From positions 1 through 52,162 of IMG/VR virus record IMGVR_UViG_3300043449_000682: a stretch of DNA of 52,162 bases. One strand, 5' to 3'. The stretch comes from a virus (Duplodnaviria; Caudoviricetes). The translations under genes were made by a program, and so were the position numbers. Numbering within the stretch: position 1 is the first letter of the stretch; every line of letters starts with the position of its first letter. Under the pieces are notes generated by a model. The model saw only the letters and a program-made list of their open reading frames with translations. It was not told the origin of the DNA and did no database searches. This document shows positions 36,709 through 46,900 of the stretch, one piece after another.

Positions 36709-37158
36709 ATGGCAACAGTCGAAAAAGACTTTAAGGTCAAAAATGGACTAATCGTCGCAAACGGTGGTTCTTTTGGCGGGGCAGTTGAGGTAGGAGTACC
36801 TACTGAAAATGCTCACGCAGCAACTAAGGAGTATGTTGATTCAAGATCAATGGCCGTTGGCTCTACTGCTCCTTCTTCACCAACTAATGGTACACAGTGG
36901 TTAGACACTAGTACTAATAGGATCAATTTTTATTACAATGGAGCATGGTACACCCAGGCAACTATTGATGATACAAATAATCTTCCTCAGCACATTCACG
37001 ATACCGCAATTGATGGAACTGGTTTCATAGTATCTCAGTTCTACGAAGGCGGATCATTCAACAGCCCATTGGGTGCAGGGTTGGATGCAGGTGGGCCCTC
37101 TACAACAGAGTGGACAGTTGTGTTCGACGGCGGTAGTGTAGTAGATAACTTCAACTAA
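36709..37158 (+). CDS. fibre-associated virion protein
   Basis: KDFKVKNGL, HAATKEYVD, APSSPTNG.QW motifs. Confidence 0.75.
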   Translation: MATVEKDFKVKNGLIVANGGSFGGAVEVGVPTENAHAATKEYVDSRSMAVGSTAPSSPTNGTQWLDTSTNRINFYYNGAWYTQATIDDTNNLPQHIHDTAIDGTGFIVSQFYEGGSFNSPLGAGLDAGGPSTTEWTVVFDGGSVVDNFN

Positions 37159-37214
37159 AATTGATGTTATAATAAGATAAGTAATTGGGCAGCCCCCATA
37201 AGGAGAAATAAAAT

Positions 37215-38846
37215 ATGGCAACAAGAATGCAACAGCGCAGAGGTACTGCAGCCCAATGGACGGCTGCAAATCCAGTTCTAGCAGCAGGAGAAATCGGCTT
37301 TGAGACCGACACAAATAAATTTAAGATGGGTAATGGAACATCAGCATGGAACTCTTTAGCATACTTTGCAAATGCCACTGAACTAGCAGCAGCGATAGAT
37401 GCAGTTGTTGGTATTGCTCCAGAAACACTAGACACATTGGCAGAAATCGCAGCATCACTTGGTGATGACCCAGACTTCTTGTCAGATCTAGCAACAAATG
37501 CAAGAGTTGATACAGTAGTCCTTAATGCTGAAGCAGCCCTAGTTTCAGCAAGAGAATATTCTGCAAACTCTCTTACAAGCCACCTAAATAACACAGAGAA
37601 TGTACACGGAATTCCAAATACTTCAATATTGGCAACATTGCCAGATGTAGCAACTGCTAAAACAGAAGCAATAGTCGCAGCAGCAGATGATGCTACAACT
37701 AAGGCTGCAACTGCTAAATCAGAGGCCATTGCTGAAATTACACCAGCCTCCCTAGGTCTTGGCTCAGTAGATAATACATCAGATGCAAGCAAGCCAGTTT
37801 CAGCAGCACAAGAATACGCAATCGCAGCAGCAAAGACTGAAGCAATTACAGATGCAGCATCAGCAGCAGACGACAAGATATCTGCTCACAACCTTGATGA
37901 TACCAATGTTCACGGTATTGCTGATACGTCAGTCTTAGTAACACAAACAGACCTTACAAACGCTATTAGCGGTGTTTCTGTAGATCAGTCAGCACTTGCT
38001 GGTACAGGCCTTGCATGGGATGGAGTTGCAGAGCAGTTTACTGTTGACACAACGATTGCAACCAAGACATATGCCGATAACGCTGTTTCAACACATGAAG
38101 CAGACACAACATCTGTTCATGGTATCTCAGATACAGCACAGTTAGCATACAAGAATGCAGCAAATCAGACATTTACAGGAAATCTAGAAGTTGACGGAAA
38201 CCTTGTTGTTGATGGAGACATCACAGTTAATGGTGGAAGTTTTAACGCTTCAGCAACATCTATTACAATTGAAGATAACCTCGTACAACTTGCTCACCAA
38301 AATACAGCAAATACAGTTGACCTTGGTATCGTAGTTGGATACAATGATGGTGCAGCAAAGCATGCAGGTTTTGTAAGAGACGTATCTGATGCTAAGTGGA
38401 AGTTGTTTAAGGGTGTAACAACAGAGCCTTCTACAACAGTAGACTTTACTCAGGGATCACTTGATGACCTCAAGGTTGCAGCATTTGAAGCAACAACAGT
38501 AACCCCTTCATCTGGAATCGTCTTCTCAGACGGAACACAGACAAAGGTTGGAGTACCATCTGTTACAACAATTGCAACAGCAATCTCATCATCTTCAACA
38601 CTTGCAGCGGGAGAAGCAGATAAGTTTGTTCCACTAACTGGAGCAGTTACAATTACTCTTCCTGCAACAGGATACTCAACTGGACAGTCAATTGACTTCT
38701 ATCAGGAATCAGGTACAGGAGCGCAGTTTGCATCAACAAATAGCGTTGTTGGAACACCAGGTTTGAAGTTTAGAACTACAAACTCAGTTGTAACAGCAAT
38801 GAAGACTTCAAGTGGATGGTTGGTCTTCGGAGACCTATCAGCATAA
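37215..38846 (+). CDS. tail fibre protein (Mtd-N/hyaluronidase-N-like amino terminus)
   Basis: QRRGTAAQW..NPVLAAGEIGFETDT.KFK.G.G; VHGI repeats. Confidence 0.85.
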   Translation: MATRMQQRRGTAAQWTAANPVLAAGEIGFETDTNKFKMGNGTSAWNSLAYFANATELAAAIDAVVGIAPETLDTLAEIAASLGDDPDFLSDLATNARVDTVVLNAEAALVSAREYSANSLTSHLNNTENVHGIPNTSILATLPDVATAKTEAIVAAADDATTKAATAKSEAIAEITPASLGLGSVDNTSDASKPVSAAQEYAIAAAKTEAITDAASAADDKISAHNLDDTNVHGIADTSVLVTQTDLTNAISGVSVDQSALAGTGLAWDGVAEQFTVDTTIATKTYADNAVSTHEADTTSVHGISDTAQLAYKNAANQTFTGNLEVDGNLVVDGDITVNGGSFNASATSITIEDNLVQLAHQNTANTVDLGIVVGYNDGAAKHAGFVRDVSDAKWKLFKGVTTEPSTTVDFTQGSLDDLKVAAFEATTVTPSSGIVFSDGTQTKVGVPSVTTIATAISSSSTLAAGEADKFVPLTGAVTITLPATGYSTGQSIDFYQESGTGAQFASTNSVVGTPGLKFRTTNSVVTAMKTSSGWLVFGDLSA

Positions 38847-38870
38847 TACGAATTAAAGGGAGAATAACAT

Positions 38871-40103
38871 ATGTCAAAGCAAGCAGGTAGAATGAGTCAA
38901 GGAGCAAACGACTTCTTGGCTCCAGGAACACCAACAATAACATCAGTAACAGATGTTGGAACAAATAGACCATATAATAATGGTGCAGTAGATGTAGCAT
39001 TTAATGCAACAGGCGTTTACGCAGCATCATCTTATACTGTGCTATCCAGTAACGGACAAACGACTACTGGTTCTTCTTCTCCAATTCGTGTAGAGGGTCT
39101 TTCATCCGATACAGCGTATTCATTTACAGTAAAAGCAATCAATGCTGGTGGTGAATCTGCGTATTCTTCATCATCATCTAATGTGACTGTAACAACAGTA
39201 CCAGCAAAGCCATCAGCACCATCAGCATCTTCGCCATCAGCAGGAACAGACTCTGTTTCATGGTCTGCTCCAGCAAATGGTGGAAAGGCTATAACTAACT
39301 ATAGATGGGCATCTAATGATGGAAAGGCTGGAGATACTTCAGGAACATCTGTAAATGTCGGTCAAGAGCAAGGAACAGCACAGACTTATACTGTTTATGC
39401 AACTAATGCTAATGGTAACTCAGAAACATCTGATCCTTCAGGATCTGTTACTACTACATTTGCTGCTTTCGGTGCATTCGGTGCATTCGGTGCTTTCGGT
39501 GCATTCGGTGCATTCGGTGCTTTCGGTGCATTCGGTGCATTCGGTGCTTTCGGTGCTTTCGGTGCATTCGGTGCTTTCGGTGCATTCAATGCTTTTGGAG
39601 CATTTGGTGCTTACTTCAAGTCTATCAGTCTACACACCTTAGTTTTAACTACAGAAGGATATACACAGGCATCAAACCTTAAGGTTGGAGATCAACTTGT
39701 TTCTACAGAAATCCCTGGACTGGGAATGAACTTTACACTACAAGATGTTGCAAATTGGACGGGTAATCCATCAGAACTTACAATGGTTCCTGACAAGGTA
39801 ACAACAATTGTTGGATTAGGCTCATCACAGGCAACAGAGTCTGTATCTGTAAACGGAGAATTTTATTCAGGAAACCACACTATGCTTGTAACTAGAGATG
39901 GCATTGCTAAAATGGTAACAAGTAGAGACCTACTTGAAACAGATCAGTTATGGTCTACAGACACAAATACCTGGACACCTATAACAGAACTAGTTATTTC
40001 AAGTATTCCTCACGAGGTTATATCTATTAACTGTGAGCCTTACGATATGTTCTATACAGACCACTTCTTGGTTTATGACGGTTATCAAATAGAAAACCAG
40101 TAG
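38871..40103 (+). CDS. fibronectin type III protein with (FGA)n tract and C-terminal Hint-like domain
   Basis: Two FN3-like domains; 13 FGA + FNA + 2 FGA; SISLHTLVLT..ASNLKVGDQL..NH..VISINCEPYDMFY.D.FLVYD. Confidence 0.8.
   Translation: MSKQAGRMSQGANDFLAPGTPTITSVTDVGTNRPYNNGAVDVAFNATGVYAASSYTVLSSNGQTTTGSSSPIRVEGLSSDTAYSFTVKAINAGGESAYSSSSSNVTVTTVPAKPSAPSASSPSAGTDSVSWSAPANGGKAITNYRWASNDGKAGDTSGTSVNVGQEQGTAQTYTVYATNANGNSETSDPSGSVTTTFAAFGAFGAFGAFGAFGAFGAFGAFGAFGAFGAFGAFGAFGAFNAFGAFGAYFKSISLHTLVLTTEGYTQASNLKVGDQLVSTEIPGLGMNFTLQDVANWTGNPSELTMVPDKVTTIVGLGSSQATESVSVNGEFYSGNHTMLVTRDGIAKMVTSRDLLETDQLWSTDTNTWTPITELVISSIPHEVISINCEPYDMFYTDHFLVYDGYQIENQ
39468..39611 (+). repeat. 9-bp tandem repeat TTCGGTGC(A/T) encoding (FGA)n
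   Basis: Read directly; 27-bp higher-order A,A,T pattern. Confidence 0.95.
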
Positions 40104-40105
40104 TC

Positions 40106-40624
40106 ATGGTTCGTGTTGTTGATACTTCAGGATTTAAAGAACTTGAATATCCAGAACAGTTGAGCGGTTCTTGGTTTTACTATGTGCTGTTTGAGAATCA
40201 TCCAAACCCAGATATAAGTGGAATATCTTGTATATACTTTAATGACAAATACCCTAGTGGTTCTGTGTGTATGGGAAGACATCTTTTAAATGATTATCCA
40301 GATGCATATTGCGTATTAGGAAAGTTTGATGATGAAGGAAATATGGCAACAGGAAGAATGTTTGTGGCACCACCACTAAGACAGCAGGGTGTTGCTTCAG
40401 CAGGAGTGGCCTACGGAGTAAGAATGATAGGATATCTGTTTAATAAAGAAGTTGTTCACTCGTATGGCTCAGAAATTGGAAATAAAACCTATGCTGCTGC
40501 TGCTGAAATTGGAAAACTTTCGTTTGACGGAGCAGAAATAGAAGAAGGCTTTCACATGAAAAAAGAATATTTTGATCAGCCTGTACATCCATATATTTTT
40601 TTTGGTAGAAGGTTCTCAACATGA
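40106..40624 (+). CDS. GNAT-like acetyltransferase
   Basis: Motif A: FVAPPLRQQGVAS. Confidence 0.55.
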   Translation: MVRVVDTSGFKELEYPEQLSGSWFYYVLFENHPNPDISGISCIYFNDKYPSGSVCMGRHLLNDYPDAYCVLGKFDDEGNMATGRMFVAPPLRQQGVASAGVAYGVRMIGYLFNKEVVHSYGSEIGNKTYAAAAEIGKLSFDGAEIEEGFHMKKEYFDQPVHPYIFFGRRFST

Positions 40625-41037
40625 TAGATTATATAATTTCCAATGTAGAAGATAATGTTAATAACACAATAAGCACTTTAGTGCAAAGAATGTGTAAAGA
40701 AAATAAAATAAACTATATAAAGCAAGAATATAAAGTTTTATTTTCTAATGAAAAGATGCTTTTAAAATATAACAACATTAAATTTACATCTGGCTCAAAA
40801 AAAGATCTATCTTTTTATGGAAAGGTTTATAGAAATAAAAAGGGTAAAGTCGTTGAGAATATTTTTTTACATGATGATTTTATTGAATTTGAACCAAAAG
40901 AAACTGAACTGGTGGTGATCTCTGGAGGCATAGACAACTCAACAGTTGTAGATATTGATCAAGAGTTGTTGTACTTTTATGTTGCTCCAAGCCATTTGCT
41001 TGAGGTCCAAGACTCAAATTTGTGGCAAGCCCTTTAA
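40621..41037 (+). CDS. hypothetical protein
   Basis: ATGA overlap. Confidence 0.65.
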   Translation: MIDYIISNVEDNVNNTISTLVQRMCKENKINYIKQEYKVLFSNEKMLLKYNNIKFTSGSKKDLSFYGKVYRNKKGKVVENIFLHDDFIEFEPKETELVVISGGIDNSTVVDIDQELLYFYVAPSHLLEVQDSNLWQAL

Positions 41038-41069
41038 TATGCTATAATTAATATAAATGAAAGGCTTGT

Positions 41070-41783
41070 ATGAATACTGTTAGATTTCTTCAGATGTATC
41101 CTCAGTTAACCAATATTGTTCCAGAGCCAGAACAGGCTACAAAGAATGTTCCTACATGGTATAAAGAGCAGCCAGCCATAGCGGGAAGCGATATACCAGA
41201 TAGAGGCGTCATGAGGCTTACTGTAAAAAAATGTCAAGCATTTTTTGATGCAATGGCAATGGGCTATATGCTAAAGGTTCCATGTGACATATATATAGAT
41301 ACAACTGATGGAAATGTCAACATTCAACTTCCTGCTGCTATGAACAAATACTTTTCATTACTTATAAGCGAACACTCTCAAGAACAGGTTTCTCATTTAC
41401 CAATAGACAAAGATGTATACTGTAATAAGATTCTAAGAATTCATCCTACATGGATGGTTCAGACTGATCCTGGATACAGCACATTATTTACAAGTCCAAT
41501 GCATCAAAGCCCATCACCATTAAAGGCCATAGATGCAGTCGTTGATACTGATAACTATTTTACTGATGGGCATCTATCATTCTTGGTAAAGAAGAATTTT
41601 AAAGGAACTATAAAACAGGGAACTCCAATGTCTCAAATTTTTCCATTTAAAAGAGAAGAATGGACAATGGAATTAGATAAAAACTTTTCAACAAAAAAGG
41701 TAGAAGAGCAAAGTAATAAAGTTAGATCTACTTTCCAAAATGGGTATAGACTCAAGTTTTGGCAAAAGAAGATATTTAAGTAA
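41070..41783 (+). CDS. conserved phage beta-fold protein
   Basis: P.WYK..TVKKC..F.DAM..GY; W...T.PGYS.LF..P; VDTD; GTP..Q.FPFKRE.W. Confidence 0.75.
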   Translation: MNTVRFLQMYPQLTNIVPEPEQATKNVPTWYKEQPAIAGSDIPDRGVMRLTVKKCQAFFDAMAMGYMLKVPCDIYIDTTDGNVNIQLPAAMNKYFSLLISEHSQEQVSHLPIDKDVYCNKILRIHPTWMVQTDPGYSTLFTSPMHQSPSPLKAIDAVVDTDNYFTDGHLSFLVKKNFKGTIKQGTPMSQIFPFKREEWTMELDKNFSTKKVEEQSNKVRSTFQNGYRLKFWQKKIFK

Positions 41784-41791
41784 AACTCTCA

Positions 41792-41807
41792 ACAATACAT
41801 TTAGGTA
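41792..41807. promoter_or_regulatory. possible NrdR box
   Basis: ACAATACATTTAGGTA resembles acaCwAtATaTwGtgt, upstream of the RNR promoter. Confidence 0.35.
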
Positions 41808-41872
41808 GAGTTTTGCTTTTTCAAAAACTCTGCTATAATTAAGACTATTCCGTTTTTGAAAGGACGATACAC

Positions 41873-43906
41873 ATGTCAGATTTTTTTAGTTTTAGACTTC
41901 CAGAAGATTTTGTAGAAAAGTACAAAAATACAGAAAGTCCATTTGGGTTTAAGGACGCAGCAGAAAACTCACTTGGAGAAATTACTTTTATTCGTACTTA
42001 TTCTCGCATGAAGGAGGATGGAACTAAGGAGCGCTGGCATGAAGTATGTCGTCGTGTAATCGAGGGGATGTACTCGGTACAGAAAAACCATGCCAAGGAA
42101 AATCGTCTACCATGGAATGACTATAAGGCTCAGAAATCAGCACAGGAGGCATTCCAGAGAATGTTTGAGTTGAAGTGGACACCACCAGGACGAGGCATGT
42201 GGGCATTTGGAACTCCTATGACTATGGAGAAGAAGAATTCAGCAGCACTACAAAACTGTGCAATGGTATCTACTAAGGACCTTGATAAGAATGATCCAGG
42301 AGCCCTATTTGCTTGGGTTATGGATGCGTTGATGCTTGGTATTGGTGTAGGGTTTGATACAGTTGGACAGGATAAGAATTTTGCAATCTACTCCCCAACA
42401 GAACCAGAACAGATCTTTGAAATTCCAGACACTCGTGAGGGCTGGGTAGAGTCGGTACGACTTCTGATTAACTCTTACCTAAGACCAAATCAAAGCATCC
42501 AAAAGTTTAACTATGATTTGATCAGACCTCTTGGAGCGCCTATTAAGGGCTTTGGAGGCGTTGCATCAGGGCCTGCACCTCTTATCAAGTTACATGACCA
42601 GATAGACCGTGTAATCGGCTCCAGAGGCGGAGAAACACTAGACTCTCGTGCTATCGTAGACCTGGTAAACCTAATTGGCACTTGCGTTGTTTCTGGTAAC
42701 GTTCGTCGATCAGCAACCCTTGCTTTGGGTACCGCAGGCGATGAAACATTTATGAACCTAAAGAATTCAGAGATGTTCCCAGAGCGTAACTCTTTTGATC
42801 CAGAAAACCCAGGATGGGCATGGATGTCTAACAATTCTATTTCAGCAGAAGTGGGAACAAAGTACGAAGACTATGTAGATTTAGTTACAGAAAATGGAGA
42901 GCCAGGGTTTATCTGGCTTGATGTTGCTCGTAATTATGGAAGACTGAAGGATGCGCCAGACGGTAAAGATTATCGTGTGATGGGATTTAACCCATGTGCG
43001 GAGCAGCCATTAGAGTCATACGAACTCTGTACGCTTGTAGAAGTGCACTTGAATCGTCATGAATCTAAGGAGGACTTCTTGCGTACCCTGAAGTTTGCAT
43101 ACCTTTACGGAAAGACTGTCACCCTTGTCCCAACACACTGGCCACAAACAAACGGGATCATGCAACGCAACCGTCGTATTGGTACATCACTTACAGGTAT
43201 TGCATCTTTTGCAGATCAAAAGGGATTGCCAGTTGTTCGTGAGTGGATGGATGAAGGATATAACAAGATTCGTCACTATGATCATCAGTATTCAGAATGG
43301 CTCTGTGTTCGTGAATCAATTCGTGTAACAACAGTTAAGCCATCAGGATCAGTTTCAATTCTTTCTGGCGCAACTCCTGGAGTTCACTGGGGACCTGGAG
43401 GAAACTTCTTCCTTCGTGCAGTTAGATTTGGAAACACAGATCCAATGATGCACTTGTTCAAAGCAGCAGGGTACACAATTGAAGATGACGTAGTGTCAGC
43501 AAACACATCAGTAGTTTACTTCCCAATTAAGTCAGGTCATCCAAGATCTGAAAAGGATGTAACATTGTTTGAGAAGATTGCTCTTGCTGCAACCGCTCAG
43601 AAATATTGGTCTGATAATGGTGTTTCTGTAACACTTTCATTTGACAAAGAAACAGAGTCAAAGCATGTCGTTCCAGCGCTCCACATGTACGAAGGACAAC
43701 TGAAGGCAGTCTCATTCCTTCCAATGGGAAATACTGTTTATCCTCAGCAGCCATATACTCAGATTACTGAAGAAGAATATGAGTCTTATATTGGCAAGTT
43801 GAAGCATATTGACTTTGGTGCAATTTATGATGGTGTTGATAATCTTGAGGCTCAGGGTGAAGCATACTGCACAACAGACTACTGTGAAATTAAAATAAAC
43901 AAGTAG
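41873..43906 (+). CDS. nrdJ: class II (adenosylcobalamin-dependent) ribonucleotide reductase, RTPR type
   Basis: PPGRG.W, LQNC, GNVRRSA, NPCAEQ, RNRRIG, TTVKPSG, C-terminal CTTDYC. Confidence 0.95.
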   Translation: MSDFFSFRLPEDFVEKYKNTESPFGFKDAAENSLGEITFIRTYSRMKEDGTKERWHEVCRRVIEGMYSVQKNHAKENRLPWNDYKAQKSAQEAFQRMFELKWTPPGRGMWAFGTPMTMEKKNSAALQNCAMVSTKDLDKNDPGALFAWVMDALMLGIGVGFDTVGQDKNFAIYSPTEPEQIFEIPDTREGWVESVRLLINSYLRPNQSIQKFNYDLIRPLGAPIKGFGGVASGPAPLIKLHDQIDRVIGSRGGETLDSRAIVDLVNLIGTCVVSGNVRRSATLALGTAGDETFMNLKNSEMFPERNSFDPENPGWAWMSNNSISAEVGTKYEDYVDLVTENGEPGFIWLDVARNYGRLKDAPDGKDYRVMGFNPCAEQPLESYELCTLVEVHLNRHESKEDFLRTLKFAYLYGKTVTLVPTHWPQTNGIMQRNRRIGTSLTGIASFADQKGLPVVREWMDEGYNKIRHYDHQYSEWLCVRESIRVTTVKPSGSVSILSGATPGVHWGPGGNFFLRAVRFGNTDPMMHLFKAAGYTIEDDVVSANTSVVYFPIKSGHPRSEKDVTLFEKIALAATAQKYWSDNGVSVTLSFDKETESKHVVPALHMYEGQLKAVSFLPMGNTVYPQQPYTQITEEEYESYIGKLKHIDFGAIYDGVDNLEAQGEAYCTTDYCEIKINK

Positions 43907-43931
43907 TCTTCTGTGGTAAAATAGACCTATA

Positions 43932-46900
43932 ATGTCTACTCCATCAAACCTATACGCAGAAAAGGTGTTTGCAGAACACCCAATAGGGTTATGGGCTCTT
44001 GATGATAATGCCGACTATATTTCGTTAATATCAGAACAGCAAAGAGATCTGTCTGCTTGGAGAATTTTTGGTGGTACGGCATCAGAGTATACGGATTCCA
44101 TAGGCGAACCATTTATTAATAGTTATGTGGGAAAAATTACCGCAAATCAAATTCCTACAAAAACTGCCTCTATAACTGCCATAAGTCCAGAGATCGTTAA
44201 TGTAAAAGACCTAAATGCATACCTAGGAACTTTTTCCGTTGGAGGATATTTTTATTCAGAAAGTTCTTATATTACTGGGTTTTCAATAGGTTATCAGTAC
44301 ACCGATAAAACCAGTGAAACAGAAATCCGTCATGTAAAGAATTTTGATACAGTGGTAAATAATAACTGGATATTTATAGCAGAAACATTTGATATCCCAG
44401 CGGATGACTCAGGTATTAGGATTGTTTTTAAAATTAACTTTGTTGGAGATGAAGAGGTTGAGCATGCATTTAGAATAAATGGTATAACTCTTGGTCAGTG
44501 GTCAGAAGAATTTTCTTCCACTTCTCTTGGAGTAAACACCATCAGCATTCCATCAAATATTTCTATTGCTCCACAGAGCGGAATTGTTGCAAAGTGCTAT
44601 GGACTACAAGAACTGAATGGGTATTACCTTTCTTCTGATAAAATGCTAAAGGCAAAAAATTCTGGTATCCCTTTAGTTTATGGAACTACTGGCCATACAA
44701 CCTTGTATGAAAATAACGGCCTACCATCGCTAATCGTTCCTGCATCTGGAATGCTAAACTCTTCTGGACAGTATAAACAGTATACTCTAGAGACATGGCT
44801 AAGGGTAAACTCGTATACAAATGATGTAAAAAGAATTATTGGGCCACTCGGCTCCTCAGATGGAATTTATGTTGATGGCCCAGCAATTGGTTTAAAAATT
44901 GGAAATGAGTATAGGACAAACTACGTGGGCGAATGGACTAGGCCCATGCTTGTTCACCTAAAGGTTGGAAAGGATACTGCATCTCTCTTGATAAATGGAG
45001 ATGAAGTAATATCTATACCATACTCACAAGAGTTAGCAAATCTTCCATCAAAATTAGACGGTAACGATAAAGATCAAGATTGGATTGGCTTTTATGCTTA
45101 TGACGATGTATCTCCAGTAGATATAGACTGTGTTGGCATTTATCCTTATTTGGTTGCTAACCAGGTTGCAAAAAGAAGGTATGTCTTTGGCCAAGGAGTT
45201 GAAGTTCCAGAGAACATCAATACCTCATATAGCGGAACATCTGTTGCAATAGACTATTCATTTGCTGACTATACAGCAAACTATTCCTATCCAAAAACAG
45301 GATCTTGGAGTCAGGGTTTCAGCGATAATATATCAACAGCAAATAGATCTATATCTGTAATCTCTCACCCACTTCCAGAACTAGTTCTTTCTTCTAAAAC
45401 AAGTTCAGAACTATTCGAAGATAACAAAGTTGCAAATGCTACAGAGAACACAAATAACTTTTTTTATGATGAAAGAGAATATTTTTCACTTAGGCCCAAT
45501 GACTCATGGAATAGCGTTTCTGGGTATTTGTTTTTTGAAAACTTTGATATTTTAAAAACTCCGATTTCTGCATTCTACGGGTGCTTTCAGTTAAAGGCTA
45601 ATGTTTCAACACCGCAAATACTTTTTAAAATTGAAAAAGAAAACACGTCAAACTACTTTAAAATACAAGTAGAAAATAATACTTTAAAGTATATTATAAG
45701 CACAAATGGACAATCAGAAACCCTATATAGTTCTGAAATTTTAAATAGCAATGAATTTTTTGAGGCAGGTATTAATATTCCGAAGTTTGTAGAAATCTTT
45801 GGAAATCCTGCATCAGACTTTTTTGGTTCTTTTGCAGACCTAAGAATGTATGTTGGTGGAGATAAAACAAATACAGGAACATTTGCTGGCAAGATTTATA
45901 ATGTTGGGTTTGCAACAAAGTACAATTTCCAAAAAATTAAAAATCTTTTTAATGAGGTAGGAGTTCCAAAACTTAATGAGGATCTATTTTTTGTTTACCA
46001 AAATAACGAAATAGTTGATATTGATGCAGGTATAGACACAACATCTTTACCACCTTATGGAGGCTCAACAGACACATACCCAGGAGCAATATCTGGCGGA
46101 GGAGTGGTTCTTTTAGAAGAAGACTTCTTAATTGAACATACAGCAAGTTATACTCTTGTCCCAGATATTTTGTTTGATACATATACTCTTGCCGTTGCAG
46201 CAAATGCTTACTGGGAAGATAATCTTCCTTTGACATATTTTGCAGAGTCTGTTTTTGATAAGAGGGGGGATCAATATTTTGACCTTGACTTTATCCAGTT
46301 TAACATTAACTATCCTATACCAACAAAGACGGTTGCAATAGAAACAGATCCTATTGACTGGACATACGGAGACCTTGCTAACCAGTACGGCGCACCAGTT
46401 CAAAGAACTTACGAATCATTAGATAACTATCTATTTACTGGATACAACGATTATGAAGACCTAAAGAATAAAGTTTCAAAAGATTATAGATACGATACTG
46501 ATGGATCAATTGTAAAGACGTATATAACATTTCAATATACTGAACTTGGAGCAAACGCAACATCTGCTTACTTTACTAAAATTGAGAGACCTTCAAGAAA
46601 TGGAGTGCTGATCCCAGGTTCTGACTGGATGACAACTAAATACGAAGTTGTTGATAATATGATTATCTATCCACCTTCTGGTGTTGACTTTAATGATTTA
46701 TCAATAGTTACTCATATAGATATCAATGTAAAAAATTCTCAGATAAATAATGTAAGTATTAAGAATATGTCTTATGCGTCTCAAGCACTAAACGAATCAG
46801 ATGCAAGCCCTATTGGTACGAGATTTGGAACACCTATATATCCATATACAAAAACTGGAATTTACTATAACTTTAAAAAGAATAACCCATTTTCAATTTA

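Noticed and set aside
35393-39642. Alternative-frame and antisense ORFs (35393, 35400, 37151, 39355, 39395)
   Set aside because: Shadows of Ala-rich or repetitive real genes
39621-40103. Canonical splicing intein
   Set aside because: No terminal His-Asn plus Cys/Ser/Thr and almost no C-extein; treated as a Hint-like domain
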